45,511 nt of DNA from Tubiluchus corallicola. Lineage: Eukaryota; Animalia; Priapulida. Position 1 is the first letter of the stretch, and each line of letters opens with the position of its first letter. Both the position numbers and the translations under genes were made by a program. The notes beneath the pieces were generated by a model. That model made no database searches. It was not told the DNA's origin and saw only the letters and a list, made by a program, of their open reading frames with translations. Positions 23,901 through 35,143 of the stretch are shown one piece after another. The stretch spans positions 13,646 through 59,156 of the forward strand of contig JAQGDQ010001152.1 in the NCBI GenBank assembly GCA_030141605.1, read 5' to 3'.

Positions 23901-26900
23901 AACATACCTATTAGTATCACAGTCATAAACCATGTGTGTTTTTTGAAGGTACGGATCAACCGGCTGACAACCTACTGCATACTTAAAGCAACCGTCCCGA
24001 AGCTTGTATCCATTTCTTCTACAAAGCATCTTTTCAATGATACTTTTCAAAATCCACTGTAATAAACATAAGGAAATACCAAGAAAATAGATACTAACAC
24101 ACACAGCGCCATTTACTGTCCATATGTAACAGCTGAAGAGGAATCTTCTTGAAGAACTGTGCTCCTGTCCTCCAGATAGTTTAGATGCCTATGTATCTAC
24201 TGTGGTAGAGGTAGAATGCCTTACAGTTGTGCATGGTGGTTTATTCTTTCAGTCAATCTTGATGTAAAGTGTACCAAGCACTAACTTGGCAGGTTAATTC
24301 AAATAAAATTGTTCTCACTATTGATACATTATTGTTGGTTTTAGTTTTCTTAAATCTAACCACGTGTGGTCTCCAGCTGCACAAGATATTTCCCCTTCTG
24401 ATGTTCTGATACGTTAAGATGTTACTACAAAATGTTATTACAAAATGGAATTTATTGCCACCGGTTTCGAACAAAACTGTTCATTACCAAGGCATCTAAA
24501 ACAAAGAAATTTACCAGAATTTACAAAAAAACATGGAAATACAATTCAGTAGTTAGATATCCAAAAGACATATGATATAGCATTATATAAATAATTTAAC
24601 AATTTACCTTACAGATTACATATCTTGATTGGTACTTGATTGAAACTGTGTTCCACTCCACAAACAAACACACTCGAAAAACAAACACACACATCCTCAA
24701 TCCTATACGGGCACTTGAACTTCAGGGCAATGATACACCTGTTTTCTCTGACGTGGTGTCCCTATTCATAAACATACCAGTGAAGGAGACTATCGCCATC
24801 ATTGTGGGAAAAATTGTATGACTCGTCTACGGATGGATGATATAGCTGTTCCTCCATTTGATAAACAAACTAATTGAATTAATGGATATGGCTAGGGCAA
24901 ATGTTCTGTTTGATAGCCCACTAAGCATGTGCACTCAGGCTGATGGTGTAGCTATTGGGGCCAAACTTGACCAGCAATGGCAAACGCTTTCATCGCCACA
25001 TACGAAAATAAACTTCAAGAAAAGCGTAGCTTTTACCATTGTTACATCGGTGACATTTTAGCTGTTCTACCAAAGCCAGAAACAACAAACAAATTGTGGA
25101 GTATCAATTACTTGCACCGAAATCTAAAATTTACACTTGATGAATATGATGTAATCAATGATCTGGCCCTTCTGGATATCAAAATGCTAAGAATGGACTC
25201 CAAGCTTACAACGCAATGGTACATAAAACCAACAGATCAAGACTATCATTAAATTACAATGCGATAGCTCCAACTCGCTACAAGCAAGCAGTCATACATG
25301 CAGGGTTCACCGACTTCACAGGATAGCCAGCAGTGAGAACATCTTTAAAGATGACCTGGACAAAATTTCCAATCATTTACAAAATAATCAATATCTTGAA
25401 AGTTTTATAAAGCAGGAATTTAACAAAGCAATATCTAACCTGGCAACTTCACATTTTTCCCAACAGCCAGAGCTTCCAGCAGACACAACTCAAACAAAGC
25501 CACCTCCTTTTTTCAAAATACCATATAGAGGCAGGATTAATGATGGATTTAGATATCGTATCAAGCTGTTAGTACCAGATGCCTGTATGGTGACAACTGT
25601 GTAGTTGAGACCTACACTACCTCTGTTGAAATCTGGTGTCCCAAAGTTCATACAGTCTAGTGCACCATTTTAAATGTGAATCTGATTTCTATGTCAGTCA
25701 TATGAGTTGACATCTTTCATTTAGATTAGCTAAATATCACCGAATGACACAGACATCTCATGGGTGCCAAGGTGAACCAGCATTTGAAGCGAACAACGTC
25801 AAAATCTTAGCCAAAGGACACCAGAGGTTACCATGATCTGTCAATACTCGAAGCGTTACACATAAAACATATTGGGCCTAAGTTAAACAGCAAAGATGAG
25901 TACATGCACTCTTTATTGCTGAAGTGCACTTGAGCTTGTAAAACACCAACAGTGCATTGTGGTTTGTGGAATTCTGTAACAAAATAACAGCTCCCTAATA
26001 CTGACAGTTTTGTTACTAGTAACATATTTATTTGTTTGTTTTTTGGAGTGTTACATAGTTTCGTACCAATCAAGATATATAATGTGTAGGGTAAATTGTG
26101 TTATGTATTAAATCCATACAATGTTATGTCATATATCGTTTGGTTATCTAACTACTAAATTATATTTCGATGTTGTTTCTAAATTCTGGTAAATTTCTTT
26201 GTTTTAGATGCTTCGATAACGAACAATTTTGTTCGAAGCCGGTCGGCAACAAATTCCATTTTGATATAGTTACATTTATTTGCCAAATATCGATAATTCA
26301 GTTAAGATGTTAGTTATCTACAATACAGTATTTAATTATGCATCTTTTGACCACTGAATAAGAGAATTATCGCTCAACCACTTAACAAAGAATAATGGAT
26401 AGATTTACAATATTTTTTGCCGATACTGTATATGTATGAATGATAGACGCAAAACTTAACTATTAAAATTAATGCAGTTTGGTACTGATAACACAAAAAT
26501 GTGATAAAGCTGAACACAACACAAGCATTAAGAAAATGTTGTAACAAAGCAGCTCAAAAATTTTGATACACGACAAAAATGACTAATTGCCATAAATATG
26601 CGAAAAAGCATAGTAACACATTCGCATTTATATCTGGTATGTAGGTTTCTTACATAAAGTACTTTTAAATGTGGTCTGCGGTTAAGTGTGCTGTGGATTA
26701 GGCATACATGTACTATATACACACTACGTTTACTTTCTAGTGTAACATTTAAGCAGACTGCATGACTTCCATATAAAAACAAATTAATAAACATTATACA
26801 GTGATTTCAGTATCTGAAACAACATAAATGTAACTGGCTGAAAAAAAGAAGGTAAGGTTATAAAATACATTTGTTTGCTGCCTATTTGATACAAAGCAAA

Positions 26901-29345
26901 AACACTTATTATTAGAAATAGCTATGTAGTATGATAATGAAGCTTTAGCTCTTTGCAATGATTTGAGACGTATTGCTTTCTAGTATCTAATCACAGTCAG
27001 ACTATATTTATGCTAAACAGAATAGTTTTTCTCCTTATCTTAAAATATTACAAGAGCACACTTCCAGGAAAAAGTTAGTTATACGTAAAAGCACCAGTGT
27101 ATTTCTTTGTGCTACCAGTGTAATCAGGCTGTTACAGGTATGTTTAACATACATTAAATGCACATACTTTAAGTAGTCATTCTTTTTAATTATCGATGCA
27201 GGATCAGACTGAGATTAGTGGGATAATGAAGAGTGAACTATGAATACATATACATTCGTGTGTGTATGTGTGTGTGCATGCCTGCCTACGTAAGTGTAAT
27301 AAGTATTTATGTTATTTGTTTAAGGGCCATGTTTCCTATTTTGAGCAAAGCAAGGAACTCATAAAAATGTGCATTCATAAATTTGATGAAATTTTGGGTA
27401 AAATGTTGATGTTGGAACTGACATTAAAATCAACAACTGCCAAAGGCCAAACTGAAATCAGAGCATAAACATTACAAGTTGAAATTTGTACCTCCACAGC
27501 TTGTTGCATCAACCTTACAGTAACATCTTCTACATCTTCTAATCCAGTGTCCCATGCAATGAGAAACATGCGTCCATGCAGCATTGGTATATCTGGTAAA
27601 GTCAACTCACGAGAACATAGGCCCAGTGTCTCATCTTCTTGAATTTCTTTTGAAACCGCAGAAGGTGCATACGAGATAGGATTTACAGGAAGAAATCGGT
27701 GCTGGAAAAAACCATAAATACTACACTAATGGTCAAGTTTTACTTTGATGTTTCTTGCAATAAGTTACAACTCATATCCTTTTCATTACACTTTTAGTTT
27801 TAAAATTATGTCCAAATGTTTTAAATGTCCAACAAAATTTAATATATTTTATCACATACCTCAAAATTCGGTCGAGAAACCTTTGTCTTTTTCTTTGTCT
27901 TTTCTTTCTTCACTATCAACTTTGTTTTTGAAGCTTTATGTAATGTCACAGAGTCTTTAGCTAAAATAAAAGTTTTCTAAGTACATTAACCGCAAAGTTT
28001 TAAGGAAATTTTCCTTTCCAAGCAAATATCATTATATGCCATGTACAAAACATGTTAAAGTGCAACATTTTATACTAAGATTATCTTTTATAAATCTGAC
28101 TAAAAAGAAATCATAACTTATTGGAAAACTCTAACAAATGAACAAGAAAATTGTTTTGCAAAAAGAAAAATATTTGCACAATGAAACTTTGCTGAAACTT
28201 TTACATACATAAAATTTAATAGATTTAAAAAGATTATTAGCAGATTATGTTAAATTAATATTCAGAGTTCATAATACAAAACGCAATAACAATTACTTGC
28301 CATATTACAGGGCCAGCATTGCTAAACTGTTAATAATATTAAATATTTTAAGGACAAAACCTTTGAATTAAAATCAGTAGCTCACATAGCCCTTCTGTCA
28401 CTAGATTAAAACGGTTAAAAAAATTCAAGTGATGAGCTTAATGAGGATGTTTTTTGAATTATCGAATTGAACATTTCATTACAGTAAATCCTTATAAAAA
28501 TGTGCTTATTTATACATGAACGTATATAGTAGTGTTCTATACAGACCTATAAATTACATTTAAACATACCAGTGAAAACTGTATTTGATGGCTCACTAGG
28601 AATATCACACCGATTCAAAATGGCCAACAGAAAATCGTTGTGTAGTCTAATGCCATCAGGTTGCAAGAGATTCCTGGCTGCTACATCAAACTCCTCCTTT
28701 GTTGTCTCCCCACTAAACCATAGTTTCATATAAGAGTAATACCTGCAAAACAGCAAATATACTCGTTTATCTGTAGCAAAACAAGTTTTAAATACTGTAG
28801 TTGATACTCGATCTATTAAGACTTTGTAGGATACAGTCCCTGCACAGACCTTTCTGCTAAAAGGCATCTTACCTTTGTCAGAAAAGTCTTCCACAATGAA
28901 GACGTATTCAATAAAGGCATACAGCTGAACTTCGTAAAGGCACTACTCTATACCACCAGACTTGGTAGCAGGTCCTGTTACTATATGTGTTAGGCCTACA
29001 CTTCCTGTAGCAGCAATTTCTATGTTGCTCGAGACTGATTAGGTTGGTAACAAAGTGTTTTAAAGGAAGGTTTTGCCAAATCCATTCTTAATGATTCAAT
29101 CTTGTCTTCTTATGCTATAACATGGGCAATGAGCAAAAATGTCTCAATCAGAGACTTCATAAATCCACTGTTACTTGACAACACCTCCTGACAAACTTAC
29201 AGAGAAAACCACAACTGAGGTCAATAAAAACACTCACTATTTTAGAAGAAATATGTTGTTATTCTATGGTATCGTGTATCCAGTAGACAGTGATTGAGGA
29301 CTGTATAACAAAGAGGAGACAAGGGCTTTTATTACTACTTGCTAT

Positions 29346-29379
<34 letters not shown>

Positions 29380-30147
29380 GTAGGGTTCGAGTATGGCCCT
29401 AGTCAATGTAGGGCAGTTGCGCTAAAACGCGTGCGCTACATTTGCGGAAAACTAGTGCCGTACATGGGCAGCCCAAGTAACACACTGTGATTTCTCTCAC
29501 TTTTTTAACTTTACATCAAGAATTTTGACAATTTTTAGAAATTCTGTGAGTTTCTTCATTTTATTAAAAATTATGCTTGTTGGCTGAGTTCCCATCAGTT
29601 TGGAGTATTAAAAACTTGCTCAAACAGGTGTTTAACTTATCCCAGCACACAGTACGTAGGTGTTGTTTTGCGGTAATCCAGCAAAACTAACTCCTGTACT
29701 GAACAACAGACTGTTTGTTAAGCACTCTAGCATTATTCAGCAGTATGATATAATAGTGGTGAAATGAAACAGTACTACAGCAATTAATCAAACACTGAAG
29801 TCACGGAATCTCCTAAAAAGCAGGTATATTTCACCTCAAAAGGATTTGAAGCCAAATTTAATATTGCTCATTCGACTCATAATGGTCGTTTACAATTAGT
29901 GATCGGAAGTGGTACTGACAAACCACTGGCATAACTTAGTTGACAACTGGAAGTGACGTACTCCGCTCCCGACACACACGCACGCACACACACACACACA
30001 CACATGAATGAAAATTTCAGTAATTTGAATATTTTTGAGGCAAAAGTGATTATACTAAACGATTTATGGTACATACATTTTTATTTGAGATCCAAGAAAT
30101 TCACTTAATTTCTTTCGAGCAACATTTAATTCACTGGAAGCCGACAT
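20956..30147 (-). CDS. TADA1: Transcriptional adapter 1 (SAGA subunit Ada1/TADA1), complete, 7 exons, 346 aa
   Basis: GT-AG phase-compatible exons 30147-30077, 28742-28570, 27960-27860, 27701-27492, 24056-23908, 22640-22481 and 21132-20956 (1041 nt). Motifs MKLWF...KEEFD...HNDFLLAILNRC, HRFLPVNP, LHGRM...GLEDV...AVE, RRNGYKLRDGCFKY, PINMYDLLDTLQ and PSHTVYATNMER match vertebrate TADA1 as I recall it. Confidence 0.95.
22194..22266 (-). mobile_element. Degenerate tRNA-like/SINE head in TADA1 intron 6 (mirror copy 45288-45360, +)
   Basis: B box GGGTTCAAATCCC with an A-box-like TAATCTAGTGAG about 43 nt upstream; stems poorly paired. Confidence 0.4.
24441..26263 (+). mobile_element. Decayed Penelope-like retroelement with inverted terminal pLTR copies, in TADA1 intron 4
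   Basis: RT fragments SDVVSLFINIPVKETI, QADGVAIG, YHCYIGDI and HRNLKFT...LLDI...WYIKPT; GIY-YIG C-terminus ILEALHIKHIGPKLNSKDE. Diverged ~200-bp inverted repeats at 24441-24635 and 26063-26263. Confidence 0.88.
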
Positions 30148-31299
30148 GTTAACTTAGTCTATAAATATAGCTGTCGATTCCGATCTACTCTCTTCAATTT
30201 CAATCTTTCGTTATAATAGGTAAACATTGTTGCAATAAATCGTTATCTCCTGAACCGATTTAGCTTTTACATTTTATCCAAAATAATTAAAAATGTATTT
30301 TTAATAATTTTCTTGTATTAACTACAGTAAAAATGAAATTATAAAGAAAGTTAATGCAGACTGAATGATAATGGGTATTATTTTAGACACTAGACAGTCA
30401 GGCGCTAAAGTAATTGGAAGTAAGGATTACAATGTTGTTATTCTCATTCTTTGCCCAGCTAACTCAGTGGTCGTTTACAATTAATGATCGGAAGTGGTAC
30501 TGGCAAGCAGGGTCTAGTTTTTTGCTGGATTACTGCTGTGTGTACCTGTTTTGAGGGCAATTTTTTATTTTGGAGTTCTACCTGCCCAGTACCTACAATA
30601 GATATTATAAGCATCAAATGATTTTAATTATGATGATGATGATGGTGTTTGCAATTATATTTTTGACAAGAACAAGAATTCTGTTTAACATTTCTCATAT
30701 GCTCTTCATTTCTCTATATAAAAACATTTTTTAACAATTCAATGCAATTATCTAACCACACACTTAACAGAAAAGATTGTAGCATTCACCGTACACCCAT
30801 CATGCCGCAATATCAGTCCAACTGCTGTCGGCAGTTGCCAGCCTACCAACACCCCACCACTCCAAACTCATCATGCCGGCAAGCCAGCCACACTGCCAAT
30901 CCCACTGCACTGCAAAATGTGCCAAACTCACCATGCCTCCAAACTCGCGAAGCTGCCACATCTGCTAAACATGCAAGCTGGCTGTCAAACTTGCAAAAAT
31001 TAAAGTTGGAATCTCTTCTCACTTCAAGCTAATTACTAATGTGACTTCACCTGTTATGACACGACGTGCTAGGCTAGCTGTCTAAATTATTGGACTCATC
31101 ATTCATTCCAGTGAATTCCTTCTTAAACAATAAAAGGAAGTTGCTTGTAAAAATTATGAAAGTTTAGAGACATTTTCAATCAATCATCAATCAAATTTAA
31201 TTGAGTCAATCGAGTTGTTAAGTAAAGATTGTTATAATATTCTCAATTCTGTTCCTGATACAAAATAGTCCTAGCACCATCCCAATAATATTTTCATCT

Positions 31300-31990
31300 A
31301 GTGAAGGGTGTCTCAATTCATTAAAAATTATGGTCTTTCGCAAATGATGTTCAAATACATTTACCTGTTTCGTTTATATCACGAATATGGAAATAAACGC
31401 ATCATCATCCATCAAACAATGATTCATACATCCAGGGACATGATTCTGTTCACCTCCCTATGACAGGATTCCCTACTCGCTGCAATGCCCCAAGTGCATT
31501 TATCTCTAAGGATCATTTTATTTATATCTAAATAAATGCATGCTTGAATTTGAATTACGTAATTGCTTCCCTTGAAATGTAACATAGTTCTAACATTCCT
31601 CACCACGTCAACTATATATGTAACAGGAACTGAGTTTTTGTCAGCTATGAACAAACGAATTTCGCGTTTTTTTTCTAATTCTTTATTAACTTTCGAAAAT
31701 GCATTCATAATTGTTGTGCCCAAATTGCACGGTGGCATCAAATAAGTTTGTTTAATACAAAACACTTCAAGTAACCTCAACAAACCCATAGAACATTTAT
31801 TCAACTCAGAAAATAAGCCTTTTCACAGTTCCAGCAATTGATGATGATCGTAAAAAGGTCAGTGGTTGGTTAAGTGTACCAGACAGTGTATTTGTGTACG
31901 CTTGACAATGCCTCGCAGCCCAAGCTATTGTAATACTAACAATTTTGATAGCTAGCTATATAGAACCTCATCTAGTTCGCTTTTCTGGTT
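31300..31990 (-). mobile_element. Possible highly decayed LTR-retrotransposon pol remnant (mirror ~35560-36250)
   Basis: Weak likeness of IAWAARH...NQPLTFL to RNase H and of WGIAASRE...IMSLDV to the integrase Zn-binding region; not secure. Confidence 0.3.
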
Positions 31991-32407
31991 CCTAAAAAAG
32001 ATATTGCTAATAAATCACTCCATGCACGGACTATAATGCATAATTAAGTAAAGTCCACGTACAACAACTGAAGTTACTCAATTGAATCAGCAGACAGCTT
32101 TACTTTACCCACATGTCATGTGACGGTCGCTGTTAAGACCTTTGACCTACAGCAACTATGCTTTGCACAACGACACTGTGAAGGGGCTTATTAATGACAA
32201 TGCAACCCACTAATAGCATTATGATCTTTCACAATCTTCTCTCTCTGATCCTCATTTTGTATGTCCACTTCCTGAGTACCCACTATTTGTCTGTTTCATT
32301 GTTTCACTCATCACATCCCTGCATCATCCACTTCTAATTTCTCCTCACCATTTTTCGCTTACACATGTTTTACTTTTTGTTACTTGTCGAAATTGTAGCT
32401 TCATCCA

Positions 32408-32857
32408 CAGTAGCAGCTCATGTATAGGTAATGTGGTACTGCAGCCCCCCCCCCCGTTTTCACTCATTATTATCAATAGTATTCAATATAATGTCCTTTT
32501 TAGTTCTTTCTTTATACGTGTGCGGAACCGGAGCACGGGGGGGAAGTACAATTTACTTCACAGCCCAAGCAACACGGTGTTTGGCTGCTCTGCACATGTG
32601 GCCATGCACACATCTCTGAGATAAAAACGCCAATTTTACTGCAGTACATGTTGTCAGCTCAGATAAAGGAAAGCTGCAGAACCGCGAAATAGGCTATTCG
32701 TTGTTTTTGTTTAGAGTTTATCGCTCAAATGCTTAAAACTACAATTACAACATTATAATTACACATATTTGTTTCCTTTTACACAGTATTAAAGCAATTG
32801 CTAAAAATTTTTAATTTTGCAGCATCCCCACCAATTTTAGCTAAGAGCTGCCACTGG
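32408..32857. mobile_element. hAT-like MITE, internally shorter relative of 9878-10629
   Basis: Termini CAGTAGCAGCTC...GAGCTGCCACTG, 8-bp TSD TTCATCCA (32400-32407; 32858-32865), and shared internal sequence. Confidence 0.8.
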
Positions 32858-33051
32858 TTCATCCATCCATCAATTTGATGACTCTTATGAATCTATGATG
32901 TTATCCTGTATTCCTCAACGATTACATGTTGTAATAGTATTCATATGAGAGGCTTATGTGGGTTTTTTGTAAACGTACTAGCCGATCAATTAGTGCTGTT
33001 CAGGGTTATAGCTGATCATGTGTGTAAACATTCAAGTCTTTATTGTACTAA

Positions 33052-33421
33052 TCATCATCATCTCTGGAGTCACACGTCATTTGACATGACCCTGCTGATC
33101 ACTTGCCCAGTCAACAGCAACCTCCTATGTCTCTGTATTTTTGATATCTAATGGTGTGTTGATAAGATCTTTTTGGATGAAGTTGATGTAAGCCAGCAGC
33201 TGTCCTCCTTGCGGTTTCTTTTCTTTCTACAGTGCTCTTTGAAAGCTAACTTTAATGGACTGTCATCTGGTAGTCGCATAACATGTCTTATCCATCTTGA
33301 TCTTCTCCTTTTGATTTTAATTGTCCATTCCTCTGCCTTGACTTTATTGTACAGATCCTGTTTGATATTTTCTTTGGCCGTTTTATTCCTAGAATGTTCC
33401 TGTAGTTTTTTCTTTGAAATG
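33052..33421 (-). mobile_element. RTE-like LINE 3' fragment (left-arm copy)
   Basis: Mirror of 34067-34436. Confidence 0.75.
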
Positions 33422-34066
33422 GCATAACGGAAAAGGCTGTTGTCTCTTAGCTGTTAAACTCTCATTAATGTAGCATAGCACTACTTGGTTCATAGGCCCC
33501 ATGTACCCCGATTTATTTGCAGTTATTAAACACTTTATCTCTCTCTTTTTCGTACAAATTTCATTATCATTTTTAGTGTACAATTATTTCTCCCATTTTC
33601 TATCTTTCAGGTTTGGAAACAAAATTTAATAAATGTGGGCATGTATCAACATTAATAATAATTTTAATAATAGGTTAAGATTGTAATAATTAACTGATTG
33701 TAGATTGAACGTGTTAAATTCCTTACTACAAAAATAATATTAATAATTAATACCGACATTACTGCACGTACATAAAATGTATGTGGGCAACAATTTATAA
33801 AAACTTAGTTAAAAACGGTTAGTTAAAAAAAATCAAGTTGTACGTTATCACCAATTATTGCATTTTACGTACGTGTGATTGCGCACATTGGCCAATCACA
33901 ATTTTAACATAAAAGCAAATCTACGAACGTTTACTTTCTAAAATAACCGGGTTACAGACATACTATGTTGCAAAGCAGAAAAAGTTGAAAAACGAAGAGT
34001 CGATTCGACAGCGAATATAATATTTTTGACTGCATTTATTAGCACAACACGATTCAGAAATTGATG
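33422..34066. other. Non-duplicated 645-bp spacer at the palindrome centre
   Basis: Arm identity ends at ...TTTGAAATG (33421) and CATTTCAAA... (34067). Confidence 0.95.
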
Positions 34067-34436
34067 CATTTCAAAGAAAAAACTACAGGAACATTCTAGG
34101 AATAAAACGGCCAAAGAAAATATCAAACAGGATCTGTACAATAAAGTCAAGGCAGAGGAATGGACAATTAAAATCAAAAGGAGAAGATCAAGATGGATAA
34201 GACATGTTATGCGACTACCAGATGACAGTCCATTAAAGTTAGCTTTCAAAGAGCACTGTAGAAAGAAAAGAAACCGCAAGGAGGACAGCTGCTGGCTTAC
34301 ATCAACTTCATCCAAAAAGATCTTATCAACACACCATTAGATATCAAAAATACAGAGACATAGGAGGTTGCTGTTGACTGGGCAAGTGATCAGCAGGGTC
34401 ATGTCAAATGACGTGTGACTCCAGAGATGATGATGA
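34052..34436 (+). mobile_element. RTE-like LINE 3' fragment (right-arm copy)
   Basis: SEIDAFQRKNYRNILGIK.PKKISN, DLYNKVK...IKRRRSRWIRHVMRLPDDSPLK, and a (GAT)n tail at ~34426-34436. Confidence 0.8.
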
Positions 34437-34630
34437 TTAGTACAATAAAGACTTGAATGTTTACACACATGATCAGCTATAACCCTGAACAGCACTAATT
34501 GATCGGCTAGTACGTTTACAAAAAACCCACATAAGCCTCTCATATGAATACTATTACAACATGTAATCGTTGAGGAATACAGGATAACATCATAGATTCA
34601 TAAGAGTCATCAAATTGATGGATGGATGAA

Positions 34631-35143
34631 CCAGTGGCAGCTCTTAGCTAAAATTGGTGGGGATGCTGCAAAATTAAAAATTTTTAGCAATTGCTTTAAT
34701 ACTGTGTAAAAGGAAACAAATATGTGTAATTATAATGTTGTAATTGTAGTTTTAAGCAAACAAACTATTTTAAACATAACCTTGATAAACTCCTAAACAA
34801 AAACTAACGAATAGCCTAAATTGTCGCAGTTCAAGAATATGCCGATACACGGCTTTTAAACATGTTACAACTGACAACATGTACTGCAGTGAACGACAGT
34901 ACTCTTTCTACCTAAAGTACAGCGTTTTATCTCAGAGATGTGTGCATGGCCACATGTGCAGAGCAGCCAAACACCGTGTTGCTTGGGCTGTGAAGTAAAT
35001 TGTACTTCCCCCCCGTGCTCCGGTTCCGCACACGTATAAAGAAAGAACTAAAAAGGACATTATATTGAATACTATTGATAATAATGAGTGAAAACGGGGG
35101 GGGGGGCTGCAGTACCACATTACCTATACATGAGCTGCTACTG
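34631..35143. mobile_element. hAT-like MITE (right-arm copy, 63 bp longer than the left-arm copy)
   Basis: Mirror of 32408-32857 except for 34758-34925. Confidence 0.8.

Larger units (their letters stand above)
22043..33421. repeat. Left arm of giant inverted duplication (true outer boundary is at or left of 22043)
   Basis: Reverse complement of 34067-45511; the ORF track is mirrored ORF by ORF. Confidence 0.99.

Noticed and set aside
24129-24160. Hammerhead ribozyme at ACAG-CTGAAGA-GGAATCTTCTT-GAAG-AA-CTGT
   Set aside because: It lacks GAAA, stem III and the NUH cleavage triplet; likely chance.
30742-31032. 96-aa ORF (and mirror 36519-36809) as a gene
   Set aside because: Built from degenerate TGCC/CAAACTC short repeats typical of non-autonomous transposon relics; no domain or splice support.
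32431-35120. Mirrored short ORFs around the palindrome centre as conserved genes
   Set aside because: Their identity only reflects the duplication; they are MITE sequence or the antisense of the RTE fragment.
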